A stretch of 63,914 bases of DNA, counting the filler, from Nitrospinae bacterium RIFCSPLOWO2_12_FULL_45_22 (GTDB lineage Bacteria; 2-12-FULL-45-22), in the NCBI GenBank assembly GCA_001803565.1. It is 7 parts of 7 records of this genome, joined end to end, with 100 filler letters (N's around TTAATTAATTAA, not from the genome) between each part and the next. Parts side by side here need not be neighbours in the genome. Positions count along the whole stretch, not along the records: positions 1 to 7,949 come from MHDQ01000060.1; positions 8,050 to 24,799 come from MHDQ01000061.1; 5 more parts are not named here. One strand, written 5' to 3'. The notes under the pieces were generated by a model that was not told the DNA's origin, did not search any database, and was given only the letters and a program-made list of their open reading frames with translations. This document shows positions 1 to 8,290 of this stretch, in pieces (the first letter of the stretch is position 1; every line of letters starts with the position of its first letter). A program made the translations under genes and the position numbers.

Positions 1-2
1 TC

Positions 3-1277
3 ACAACCTTTATGACCATGGCCTATATAATTATCGTAAACCCGGCTATCCTTTCGGTGCCCAGGCCTCATGGTGCCGGGATGGATTTTAACAGCGTTAT
101 GGTAGCAACTTGTATTGCCTCGGCCTTTGCTACCTTCTTTATGGGACTCTATGCCAACTACCCCTTTGCCCTGGCCCCGGGTATGGGAATGAATGCCCTC
201 TTTAGCTTCGGTATATGTGGGACTATGGGTGTTCCCTGGGAGGTAGCCCTGGGCATAGTATTCCTCTCCGGTCTCTTCTTTGTGCTTCTTACCTTCTTAC
301 GCATCAGAGAGATGGTGGTAGATGCGATACCAGAGTGCATAAAATATGGTACCGCTGCTGGGATAGGGGTCTTTATTGCCTTTATAGGGCTAAAAGATGC
401 CGGGATAGTTGTTTCCCACCCCACCACCTTTGTTACCCTGGGAAACCTTTCCTCTCCGCCTACCTTGCTGGCCCTGGGTGGCTTGCTGGTAACTGCGGTG
501 CTGATAGCCAGGCGGGTCAGGGGGGCTATTTTTTGGGGCTTATTAATTACGGGCTCAACTGGCATACCTCTTAAAATAGTTGAATTTACTGGCGTATTCA
601 GCCCCATTCCCTCTATTGCCTCTACCTTTGCCCGGATAGATATCTTAGCGGCCTTGAAGATTGCATACTTACCGTCGGTCTTTATCTTCCTCTTTTTTAT
701 TATGTTTGACACTATTGGCACTCTGATAGGTGTAGGAGAACAGGCTGGCTTTATGGTAGAAGGGAAGCTCCCGCGGGTGAATCGGGCCTTACTATCCGAT
801 GCTACTGGTGCGGTAGTAAGCTCTGTCTTTGGCACCTCACCCGTGACCTGCTATATCGAGAGTGCGGCTGGAGTAGCCGAGGGTGGCCGTACTGGGTTAG
901 CCAATATGGTTACTGGCACCTTATTTATCATTGCCCTGTTCTTTTCTCCCATTACCAGGATGTTTGGCGCTGGGTGGCACATTCCCGGTACTGAATCGTC
1001 GTACCTCTATCCGGTTACAGCACCAGCCCTTATAATCGTAGGCAGCTTAATGGCCCAGAATATCGTCAAGATAAAATGGCAGGACTTCTCTGAGGCCCTA
1101 CCCGCCTTTCTTACCATCATTATGATGCCGCTGAGTTTCAGTATCTCTGACGGTTTAGCTATGGGCTTTATCAGTTACCCCATGATAAAGTTATTGGGGG
1201 GACGTGGCCGGGAGGTGCATTGGTTGGTCTATTGCCTGGCGGTATTGTTTATTGGCCGGTATGTGTTTTTGCAGTGA
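3..1277 (+). CDS. NCS2/AzgA-family nucleobase (guanine/hypoxanthine/adenine) permease, 5'-truncated
   Basis: Frame is open from the window start (TTFMTMAYIIIVNP.IL). AzgA motifs LAPGMG.NA.F, FDT.GTL and YIESAAGVAEGGRTG; many TM helices. Confidence 0.93.
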   Translation, partial: TTFMTMAYIIIVNPAILSVPRPHGAGMDFNSVMVATCIASAFATFFMGLYANYPFALAPGMGMNALFSFGICGTMGVPWEVALGIVFLSGLFFVLLTFLRIREMVVDAIPECIKYGTAAGIGVFIAFIGLKDAGIVVSHPTTFVTLGNLSSPPTLLALGGLLVTAVLIARRVRGAIFWGLLITGSTGIPLKIVEFTGVFSPIPSIASTFARIDILAALKIAYLPSVFIFLFFIMFDTIGTLIGVGEQAGFMVEGKLPRVNRALLSDATGAVVSSVFGTSPVTCYIESAAGVAEGGRTGLANMVTGTLFIIALFFSPITRMFGAGWHIPGTESSYLYPVTAPALIIVGSLMAQNIVKIKWQDFSEALPAFLTIIMMPLSFSISDGLAMGFISYPMIKLLGGRGREVHWLVYCLAVLFIGRYVFLQ

Positions 1278-1417
1278 CTTATTAACGAAACAGTATAGCA
1301 CTTAACTTCGCCCGCTTAGACCTAGCCTTGTTACCCCCGACACAAAGAATTTAATTGGCAATCCTTTAGATATATCCTTTACGCTTTAAGCTGAGCGGAT
1401 ACTGCTACGGACATCTT

Positions 1418-1963
1418 TTAAAAATTTGGTGGAGAAATTACCGTGATGGCAATTGCCCGGGTCTTACCCGGATTCCTCCAACCATGGGGAAGCGAGGTAT
1501 CGAAGTAGATAGCATCGCCTGGCCCCAGTAGATAAACCTCATCCCCTGCTTTAACCTCGATCTTCCCTTGCAACACTATACCCCACCGCTCTCCTTTATG
1601 GGAGATAGGTTCTTTACCTGAGCCAGCCCCGGACTCCAGAACCACCCAGAAAGGCTCCATACTTTTACCACTTATATCGCTAGCCAATAGTTCGTATGAG
1701 GAGTGGCCATCCCTGGTCACAAACTTGTGCCGCTCACCGGCCCGGACCACTTTAGTGACCTTTTCTTCCATACGATCAAAGAAGCTGTGGAGGGTGAGGC
1801 CCAGGGCCTGGATAATCTTTACTAGCATAGCTAAAGAAGGAGAGGCAGAGTCATTCTCTACCCGGGATAGGAAGCTCTTGGAGCACCCTGCCCGGCCTGC
1901 CAGTTGACTTAAAGTAAGTCCTTTTTGCTTACGTAATTCTTTAAATCTCCTACCTATTTCCAT
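1418..1963 (-). CDS. XRE-family HTH transcriptional regulator with C-terminal cupin domain (PuuR-like)
   Basis: N-terminal HTH (LTLSQLA..AGCSKSFLSRVEN); cupin H.GE...V..G...GDAIYF....PH. Confidence 0.92.
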   Translation of the reverse strand: MEIGRRFKELRKQKGLTLSQLAGRAGCSKSFLSRVENDSASPSLAMLVKIIQALGLTLHSFFDRMEEKVTKVVRAGERHKFVTRDGHSSYELLASDISGKSMEPFWVVLESGAGSGKEPISHKGERWGIVLQGKIEVKAGDEVYLLGPGDAIYFDTSLPHGWRNPGKTRAIAITVISPPNF

Positions 1964-1989
1964 ACATTTTCTTTCTAAAGAGACAAGTT

Positions 1990-2195
1990 AGGACACAGAT
2001 TTTCACAGATACACACAGATAGTAATAAAATAAATACCAATTTCGAAATCCTAAATTCTAAACAATATATAAATCCAAAGTCCAAATGCTCAAAACTATT
2101 TTGAATTTAGGTCATTTAAAATTTGAATTTGTTTTAGGATTTAGATATCAGAATTTAGTATTTTCTGTGGTCATCTGTATCCAAAAGGAAAATTC
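1990..2195. repeat. Nested intergenic hairpin element (GGACACAGAT...ATCTGTATCC arms, inner ~7-nt-periodic inverted array)
   Basis: Arms at 1991-2000 and 2173-2182. The inner AAATCCTAAATTCTAAAC tract is imperfectly complementary to GTTTTAGGATTTAGA. Same ends as the elements at 11803, 43378 and 50081. Confidence 0.75.
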
Positions 2196-2325
2196 CTCTG
2201 CTTTACCCATGAGAGACGGGGGAGATAGAAAAATTGAGAGAATGTTTAGCATACTTAATGTCTATTGTCAAAAGTTTTTTCCCACCCCAAAACGAGTGGA
2301 GCGTTATAATGAAGATTTTGGCAAT

Positions 2326-3018
2326 TTAACGTTTCGGGAAGAGATTTCTGATACTGCCTGATGCGATCCTCATAGCCTTTAGGGCATCCTCCTTAGATGG
2401 TTCCCCGCTGGGAATGAGACCCTCTTCCGCTGGATATCTACCTCTATATATACTATCAATAAAGATGGCATCGTCCTCAGCAATGCCAGGAGAGACTTTG
2501 TATTCCTCTGCTAAAGCAATCAGCCTCTCGATACTATAGGTCTTCTCCAATTCCCACCCCTTTTGGATAAGGGAAGCCTTTAGGGCCTTTTCAATCGCCT
2601 GTTGAGCATGATAGCATGCCCCTCTATAGTAACCACCCTTAATCAAATACTCAGCCACAGATAGATCCTCTTTAGCCTGTTTTAACCACTGGTTTACAGA
2701 ATCCTTCATATAGAGACTCCTCCCTTCCCTCTGGATGAGTCGTAGAAACGGGCTCCCTTTGAGGAAATATTCCTTCACCAGGGTCAGCGGTAAAATAAAT
2801 GGATCAATAGCAAAATCTTTATAAAAGGGTCTTAAAAGCCGTCGTACCTCCGCATCCAGTTCCTTTAGGCTCTTATCCTTATCTTCGGTCACAATGAGAA
2901 GGTCCAAATCCTCTCCCTTCCCCTCTTTGGCAACCGAACCAAACATCACAATAGATACCGGATTGATAGCCCGGGCAAGGTAATTAGCCAGATCTTTTGC
3001 CTCCTTTTGGCTCACCAT
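2326..3018 (-). CDS. Minimal nucleotidyltransferase (MNT) fused to HEPN domain
   Basis: FGS.AK.....DLDLLIV MNT motif, then HEPN motifs A.EDL..A, YHAQQAIEKALKA and RYP. Confidence 0.88.
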   Translation of the reverse strand: MVSQKEAKDLANYLARAINPVSIVMFGSVAKEGKGEDLDLLIVTEDKDKSLKELDAEVRRLLRPFYKDFAIDPFILPLTLVKEYFLKGSPFLRLIQREGRSLYMKDSVNQWLKQAKEDLSVAEYLIKGGYYRGACYHAQQAIEKALKASLIQKGWELEKTYSIERLIALAEEYKVSPGIAEDDAIFIDSIYRGRYPAEEGLIPSGEPSKEDALKAMRIASGSIRNLFPKR

Positions 3019-3042
3019 CTATCTAAGCCTCCCCTAGCTTAT

Positions 3043-3123
3043 CTACTGTCTCACCAATCTCCCCTTAGGAAAACTATTCTTCCAGGCTGCGGGAGAGAGT
3101 TCCAGCCAGTAGATTCTAGGCAT
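3043..3123 (-). pseudogene. Probable truncated RelE/ParE-type toxin remnant (26 aa)
   Basis: ATG overlaps the end of the antitoxin-like gene. MPRIYWLELSPAAWK resembles RelE N-termini, then stops early. Confidence 0.5.
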
Positions 3124-3337
3124 ATTCTTCTTGTAATTCTTCTAAAGAAGAAAAAACCTCCCCCCTCTTTTTAGCTTCTATTGCCTTCTGGGTTCTCCAG
3201 TTGACATATTCGATAAAGGACCGATCTTCCTTTATCCTCAAAAATTCTATAAAATTCAACACCTCTTGCTTTTCTCGGTCCGAGAGTTCTTTGATGTCCT
3301 TTATAATTAATTCATTAAGTTTGGCTGTCTGTCTCAT
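3116..3337 (-). CDS. Small antitoxin-like protein (DUF2281-like)
   Basis: 73 aa; I..L....KQEVLNFIEFL motif; acidic C-terminus (FSSLEELQEEY). Confidence 0.65.
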   Translation of the reverse strand: MRQTAKLNELIIKDIKELSDREKQEVLNFIEFLRIKEDRSFIEYVNWRTQKAIEAKKRGEVFSSLEELQEEYA

Positions 3338-3417
3338 CTGTTCTTTTCTCTAATTCTACTTTTTGGTTAAGCATAAGTGTGAAGATGTGGTAATGACTCA
3401 TTTACCCAACATTTCCG

Positions 3418-3621
3418 TTAAGATTTAGCTTTTGGGCGGTATATCTTGTTTAAAAGCAACCCTGTCAGGAGCCCTAAGATAAAAACCACAAAATATAATA
3501 TCGCCAATGGTATAGGGAAATGCCAGAAAAAGAAATTTAGTTCAATGGTCTGAGAATTCTGGATAGTAAAGATCATTAATAATACCAGGAAGGTCAAAAT
3601 AGCGATCAGTCTTGGCGACAT
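3418..3621 (-). CDS. LapA/DUF1049-family small membrane protein
   Basis: Two TM helices, F..QN...I.LNFFFW motif; probable ATG at 3621. Confidence 0.8.
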   Translation of the reverse strand: MSPRLIAILTFLVLLMIFTIQNSQTIELNFFFWHFPIPLAILYFVVFILGLLTGLLLNKIYRPKAKS

Positions 3622-3623
3622 GT

Positions 3624-5216
3624 TTATTCCTTTATCCTTGGGACATTTGTCCAATAGACCATTTTATTGGGCCCTGACACCAAGAAAACCTCTCTCTCTA
3701 CCTTAATTATCCTGGGCCTGTTTACCTGGCTGATCAGATGCTGCACCGAGCGCTCCATCTTCTGAAAAAGCGGTTTAGGGTAAACACCGATCCAGATAAT
3801 AAAGAGGGTTATAGGGACCAGGATAATAACTTCTCTCAGGTTTAAATCTACCAATCTCTGGTTTTCTGGCTTGGTGATCTGGCCGAACATTACCCGCTGA
3901 TACATCCAGAGCATATATACCGCGGCGAGGATTATCCCTGTGGCAGCAAAAGTAGCATAGAGTTTATTAGCCTGAAAAGTACCTACCAGGACTAAGAATT
4001 CACCGACAAATCCGTTAAGGCCCGGTAAGCCAATGGAAGACAGGGTTACCAGCATAAAGAAAGTAGCAAAGATAGGCATCTGCCTGGATAGACCACCAAA
4101 ATCGTCAATCATACGGGTATGACGTCTTTCATAGAGCATCCCTACAATAAGGAATAAAGCGCCAGTACTGAGGCCATGGTTGATCATCTGCAAGATACCA
4201 CCTTCTAACCCTTGTGTATTCAAGGCAAAGATACCTAACATGACAAACCCTAAATGGCTCACGCTAGAATAGGCCACCAGACTCTTCACATCTTGCTGGA
4301 CCATAGATACTAAGGCCCCATAAATAATGCCAACAATAGCCAGGATAGATATTAGCGGGATGAATTCTATAGTGGCATCAGGAAATAGCGGGAGGCAGAA
4401 GCGTAAGAAGCCGTAAGTACCCATCTTCAGCAGGATACCTGCCAGGATAACGCTCCCTGCAGTCGGGGCTTCGACATGGGCATCGGGCAGCCAGGTATGG
4501 AAGGGGAACATAGGCACTTTGATGGCAAAGCTTATGGCAAAGGCCAAGAAGAGCCAGGTTTGGATCGCCGGTGGTGGGATAGTCTTCATTAGCTCCAGGA
4601 GATCAAAGGTATATTCCCCGGTGGTCTGGTAGTTCAGGTAATACAGGACCAGGATACCTACTAACATCAACAGGCTACCCGCCATAGTATAAACAAAGAA
4701 TTTTATGGCAGCATATATACGCCGGGCCCCACCCCAAATACCTATTAAGAAATACATCGGTATAAGCATAGCCTCCCAGAATACATAGAATAGGAAGAGG
4801 TCCAGGGCAATAAAGACCCCTAGCATACCGGTCTCTAATAGTAGCATAAAGACCATATATTCCTTGATCTTTTTGGTAATAGCCGTCCAGGAAGAGAGGA
4901 TAGCTAAAGGGGTCAAGAAAGTAGTTAAGAGGACCAGAAAGAGGCTGATACCATCTATTCCTACCTGGTAACTAATTCCCCAATCTGGTATCCAGGGTAT
5001 CTTTTCCAGGAATTGCATCTCATAGGTATCAGATTGGAAATAAAAATATAGATGAAGGGAGAGGAAAAAATCTATCAGAGAGACAATAAAGGCTAACGAT
5101 TTAATTAAGGATACATCTCGCTTATTAAGAAATAAGAGTATTAAAGCCCCTAGCAGCGGGGAAAAGGTTATAACAGTTAATGGATGTTCCCAGAAAAAGG
5201 TTGTAATAGCTTGCAT
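3624..5216 (-). CDS. nuoM: NADH-quinone oxidoreductase subunit M
   Basis: [44 protein letters not shown]; start placed at MQAITT. Confidence 0.96.
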   Translation of the reverse strand: MQAITTFFWEHPLTVITFSPLLGALILLFLNKRDVSLIKSLAFIVSLIDFFLSLHLYFYFQSDTYEMQFLEKIPWIPDWGISYQVGIDGISLFLVLLTTFLTPLAILSSWTAITKKIKEYMVFMLLLETGMLGVFIALDLFLFYVFWEAMLIPMYFLIGIWGGARRIYAAIKFFVYTMAGSLLMLVGILVLYYLNYQTTGEYTFDLLELMKTIPPPAIQTWLFLAFAISFAIKVPMFPFHTWLPDAHVEAPTAGSVILAGILLKMGTYGFLRFCLPLFPDATIEFIPLISILAIVGIIYGALVSMVQQDVKSLVAYSSVSHLGFVMLGIFALNTQGLEGGILQMINHGLSTGALFLIVGMLYERRHTRMIDDFGGLSRQMPIFATFFMLVTLSSIGLPGLNGFVGEFLVLVGTFQANKLYATFAATGIILAAVYMLWMYQRVMFGQITKPENQRLVDLNLREVIILVPITLFIIWIGVYPKPLFQKMERSVQHLISQVNRPRIIKVEREVFLVSGPNKMVYWTNVPRIKE

Positions 5217-5261
5217 ATAATCGCTCTTTTCCCCGTCCGTATTAGGGGTACAGAAATTATT

Positions 5262-5308
5262 TAGTGGTCGAGCTTGCTCAACATGGCAAAGCAAGCTTTG
5301 TCACTACA
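5262..5308. repeat. REP-like imperfect palindrome
   Basis: TAGTGGTCGAGCTTGCTC...GCAAGCTTTGTCACTACA; the first 18 nt are the reverse complement of 23703-23720. Confidence 0.65.
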
Positions 5309-5311
5309 TGC

Positions 5312-7234
5312 CTACCTTAGGACATAATAACCGATAATAAGGGCTGCACCTATCAGGATAGAGGCGGCATAACTCTTTACATAGCCAGATTGGAGCTGAC
5401 TCAATAGACTACTACCCTGTCCTGCCAGGTTTGCTATTCCATTGACGCTACCATCTACTACCCTAACATCGAATAATTGCCACAAGCGATTAGCCCCATT
5501 CTTTATGGAATTAACAAATAAAAAGTCGTAGATCTCATCTACATAATACTTGTTAAAAATGAGTTGATACAACCAGCGGGCCTTATCCGCTAAAATTGCT
5601 GGTACCTCGGGCCTCTTGATATACATGCGGTGAGCAAGCAAAAATCCACCAACGGCTACCAGTACCGACATGGTCATTATCACAATTTCAGTAGAAGCTG
5701 AAGGGTCTACTACATCGCCTCCGCCGTGGTGCCCGCTGAATACCGGGGACAGGAATGAATGGAAACGGTTAGCCCCACCCAGGACATGAGGAACCCCTGC
5801 ATAACCGCCTATAATGGAGAGCAGGGCCAGGATTATTAAAGGCATAGTCATAGATGGCGGGGATTCATGGATATGGTGGGTTCTATCGGTTTCTATCCGC
5901 GAAGAGCCAAAAAAAGCCAGAAAAACCAGACGGAACATATAAAACGAAGTCATCCCCGCAGTCACTATGCCTATCAGCCAGTATATAAAATGGCCGTGGG
6001 GGCTGCTGAAGGCCTCCCAGAGGATTTCGTCTTTACTAAAGAAACCGGAAAACCCCGGCAGGCCCGCAATAGCCAGGGTAGCTACCAGGAAAGTAGGGAA
6101 AGTGATAGGCAGATTCCTCCTGAGTCCACCCATCTTCCGTAAGTCCTGCTCCCCGGCCAGGGCATGGATAACACTGCCAGCCCCCAAGAATAGTAGGGCT
6201 TTAAAAAAGGCATGGGTCATCAGGTGAAAAATACCCGCAGAAAAGGCACCTACACCACAGCCCAAGAACATATAGCCCAACTGGCTGATTGTGGAATAGG
6301 CCAGAATACGTTTAATATCATTCTGGGCTAAGCCAATAGAGGCCGAAAAGATAGCCGTTAATGCCCCTACTGTTGCTACTACCGTTAGAGATATGGGCGC
6401 TAAGAGATATAAGACATGACACCGGGCGACCATATATACTCCGGCGGTAACCATAGTAGCGGCATGAATAAGGGCACTGACTGGGGTAGGACCCTCCATA
6501 GCATCCGGTAACCAGGTATATAGAGGTAGCTGGGCCGATTTTCCCGTGGCACCTACAAAGAGCAAAAGAGTAATAGCGGTTATGATGAGAGCCCCAGGAG
6601 AAAATTTCTCTGGCGCCGCCTGGAAGACTTCAGAGTAATCTATGGTACCGAAGGTAGAGAATATTAGCATGATACCAAGGGCAAAGCCAAAGTCTCCTAT
6701 CCGATTCACTACAAAGGCCTTCTTGCCAGCATCAGCTGCTGATTTACGTTCATACCAGAACCCGATCAGCAGGTAAGAACAGAGACCTACCCCTTCCCAG
6801 CCCACGAACAGGAACAAAAAATTGTTGGCCAACACCAAAAGAAGCATAAAAAAGGCAAAGAGGTTAAGATAGGCAAAATAACGGGCATATCCCTTGTCTC
6901 CATGCATATAGCCTATCGAGTAGATATGAATAAAAAAGCCTACGCCAGAGACTACCAGGATCATTACAGCCGATAAAGGGTCTAACTGAAACCCTGCCTC
7001 AGCCCTAAAAGCTCCGGAGGATATCCAGGTATAAAGGACTTTTTCCAGGTAACGTTGCTCTGGTGGAAGATGCAGGAGGGTAAAAAAGATTATTACTGAA
7101 ACCAAAAAAGACAGCCCTAAAGCCCCACAAGCTACCAGGCCTACCAGTTTTTTGGGTAGCCTCTTTCCCAGGAGGCCATTGATAGTTACACCAATCAGCG
7201 GGAACGTTGGCACCAACCAGATATAATCAAGCAT
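5312..7234 (-). CDS. nuoL: NADH-quinone oxidoreductase subunit L
   Basis: GWEGVGLCSYLLIGFW, GKSAQLPL.TWLPDAMEGPTPVSALIHAATMV, HAFFKALLFL. Confidence 0.97.
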   Translation of the reverse strand: MLDYIWLVPTFPLIGVTINGLLGKRLPKKLVGLVACGALGLSFLVSVIIFFTLLHLPPEQRYLEKVLYTWISSGAFRAEAGFQLDPLSAVMILVVSGVGFFIHIYSIGYMHGDKGYARYFAYLNLFAFFMLLLVLANNFLFLFVGWEGVGLCSYLLIGFWYERKSAADAGKKAFVVNRIGDFGFALGIMLIFSTFGTIDYSEVFQAAPEKFSPGALIITAITLLLFVGATGKSAQLPLYTWLPDAMEGPTPVSALIHAATMVTAGVYMVARCHVLYLLAPISLTVVATVGALTAIFSASIGLAQNDIKRILAYSTISQLGYMFLGCGVGAFSAGIFHLMTHAFFKALLFLGAGSVIHALAGEQDLRKMGGLRRNLPITFPTFLVATLAIAGLPGFSGFFSKDEILWEAFSSPHGHFIYWLIGIVTAGMTSFYMFRLVFLAFFGSSRIETDRTHHIHESPPSMTMPLIILALLSIIGGYAGVPHVLGGANRFHSFLSPVFSGHHGGGDVVDPSASTEIVIMTMSVLVAVGGFLLAHRMYIKRPEVPAILADKARWLYQLIFNKYYVDEIYDFLFVNSIKNGANRLWQLFDVRVVDGSVNGIANLAGQGSSLLSQLQSGYVKSYAASILIGAALIIGYYVLR

Positions 7235-7248
7235 GATTTGTCCTATCC

Positions 7249-7713
7249 TCAAAGGCTGGCTAAAATTTGCTCTATCCTGGCCTCATCCAGCTTCTCATAA
7301 TACTGATCATTGATCTGCATCATCGGGGCAGTGCCACAAGAGCCTAAACACTGGACGGTTACTAAGGTAAATTTATTATCTGGCGTAGTTTCTCCCACCT
7401 GGACCCCTAGCCTATCCTTCAGGTATCTTATCAGGTTGTCGGCACCCATAAGGGAACAGGAGAGATTAGCACATACCTGGATCAGATATTTTCCTACCGG
7501 TTTTTTGTTATACAGGGTATAGAAAGTGGCAACTTCATAAAGCTTTATCGCGGGCATGCCCATAAGATCAGCTACTGAGGCTATAGTTTCTGGGGATAGA
7601 TATCCTTGATCTTGCTGGACAATATGCAAGACCCTTAATAAAGCCGCTTCTTTTTTGGGATGACAGGCTATTAGCTTTTCTACCTTTTCCCTCGCCCCTG
7701 ATGTAAGCATCAC
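7249..7713 (-). CDS. nuoE: NADH-quinone oxidoreductase subunit E ([2Fe-2S])
   Basis: VATFY, CX4C (CANLSC), CLGSC..AP.M. Confidence 0.93.
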   Translation of the reverse strand: MMLTSGAREKVEKLIACHPKKEAALLRVLHIVQQDQGYLSPETIASVADLMGMPAIKLYEVATFYTLYNKKPVGKYLIQVCANLSCSLMGADNLIRYLKDRLGVQVGETTPDNKFTLVTVQCLGSCGTAPMMQINDQYYEKLDEARIEQILASL

Positions 7714-7782
7714 AAATTTCCTTTTTTGCTGGGTCAGGAGACCTGGCCCTGGTTAGCTAAAAACCATGGGCGGCTTGTTTCT

Positions 7783-7948
7783 TCATGCTGCAAGAAAACT
7801 TCTTTTCTTCCCCCTCATCATAAATAATACCTTCCACTAAGGGGTAGTTAAACTCTGTCACTTTGAACTCGTATTTGCCCGGCTTAACCAGACCAGCACC
7901 TGCATACCTGGGTTTAGTAACAAAAGCACTATCTATTTCATCAATCCA
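7783..7948 (-). CDS. C-terminal fragment of an unknown protein (scaffold edge)
   Basis: Open frame from the gap: WIDEIDSAFVTKPRYAGAGLVKPGKYEFKVTEFNYPLVEGIIYDEGKKRSFLAA*; not recognisably a Nuo subunit. Confidence 0.5.
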
Positions 7949-7949
7949 G

Positions 7950-8049
7950 NNNNNNNNNNNNNNNNNNNNNNNNNNNNNNNNNNNNNNNNNNNNTTAATTA
8001 ATTAANNNNNNNNNNNNNNNNNNNNNNNNNNNNNNNNNNNNNNNNNNNN
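7950..8049. other. Artificial scaffold linker
   Basis: N run with TTAATTAATTAA (stops in all frames). Confidence 0.98.
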
Positions 8050-8166
8050 TTCCTGGGTATTCTCAAAAGTATAGGTAGAAGTTTGGAAGATAGGATTGGT
8101 GATAGAATCTTCTCCCTTTCTCCGTTTCTCACCCCCGTGGACTGCAGTAGTAGAGAACCCTTTCAT
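8050..8166 (-). CDS. Cys/Met metabolism PLP enzyme (MetB/MetC/methionine gamma-lyase family), N-terminal fragment
   Basis: MKGFSTTAVHGGE......SITNPIFQTSTYTF, runs into the gap. Confidence 0.85.
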
Positions 8167-8290
8167 ACTGATTTTCCCCTTTCATTTACCCTTGCAAATA
8201 TGATATCCTTTTGGTTAAAATAAAGCATAGTTGAAAGCTAAATTTATCCCAAATTATCCTTTTGTCAACTATTTTGTCTATCTGCTTATT

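Noticed and set aside
2086-2361. 91-aa ORF on the + strand
   Set aside because: Translation of a repeat element and promoter DNA; no protein features.
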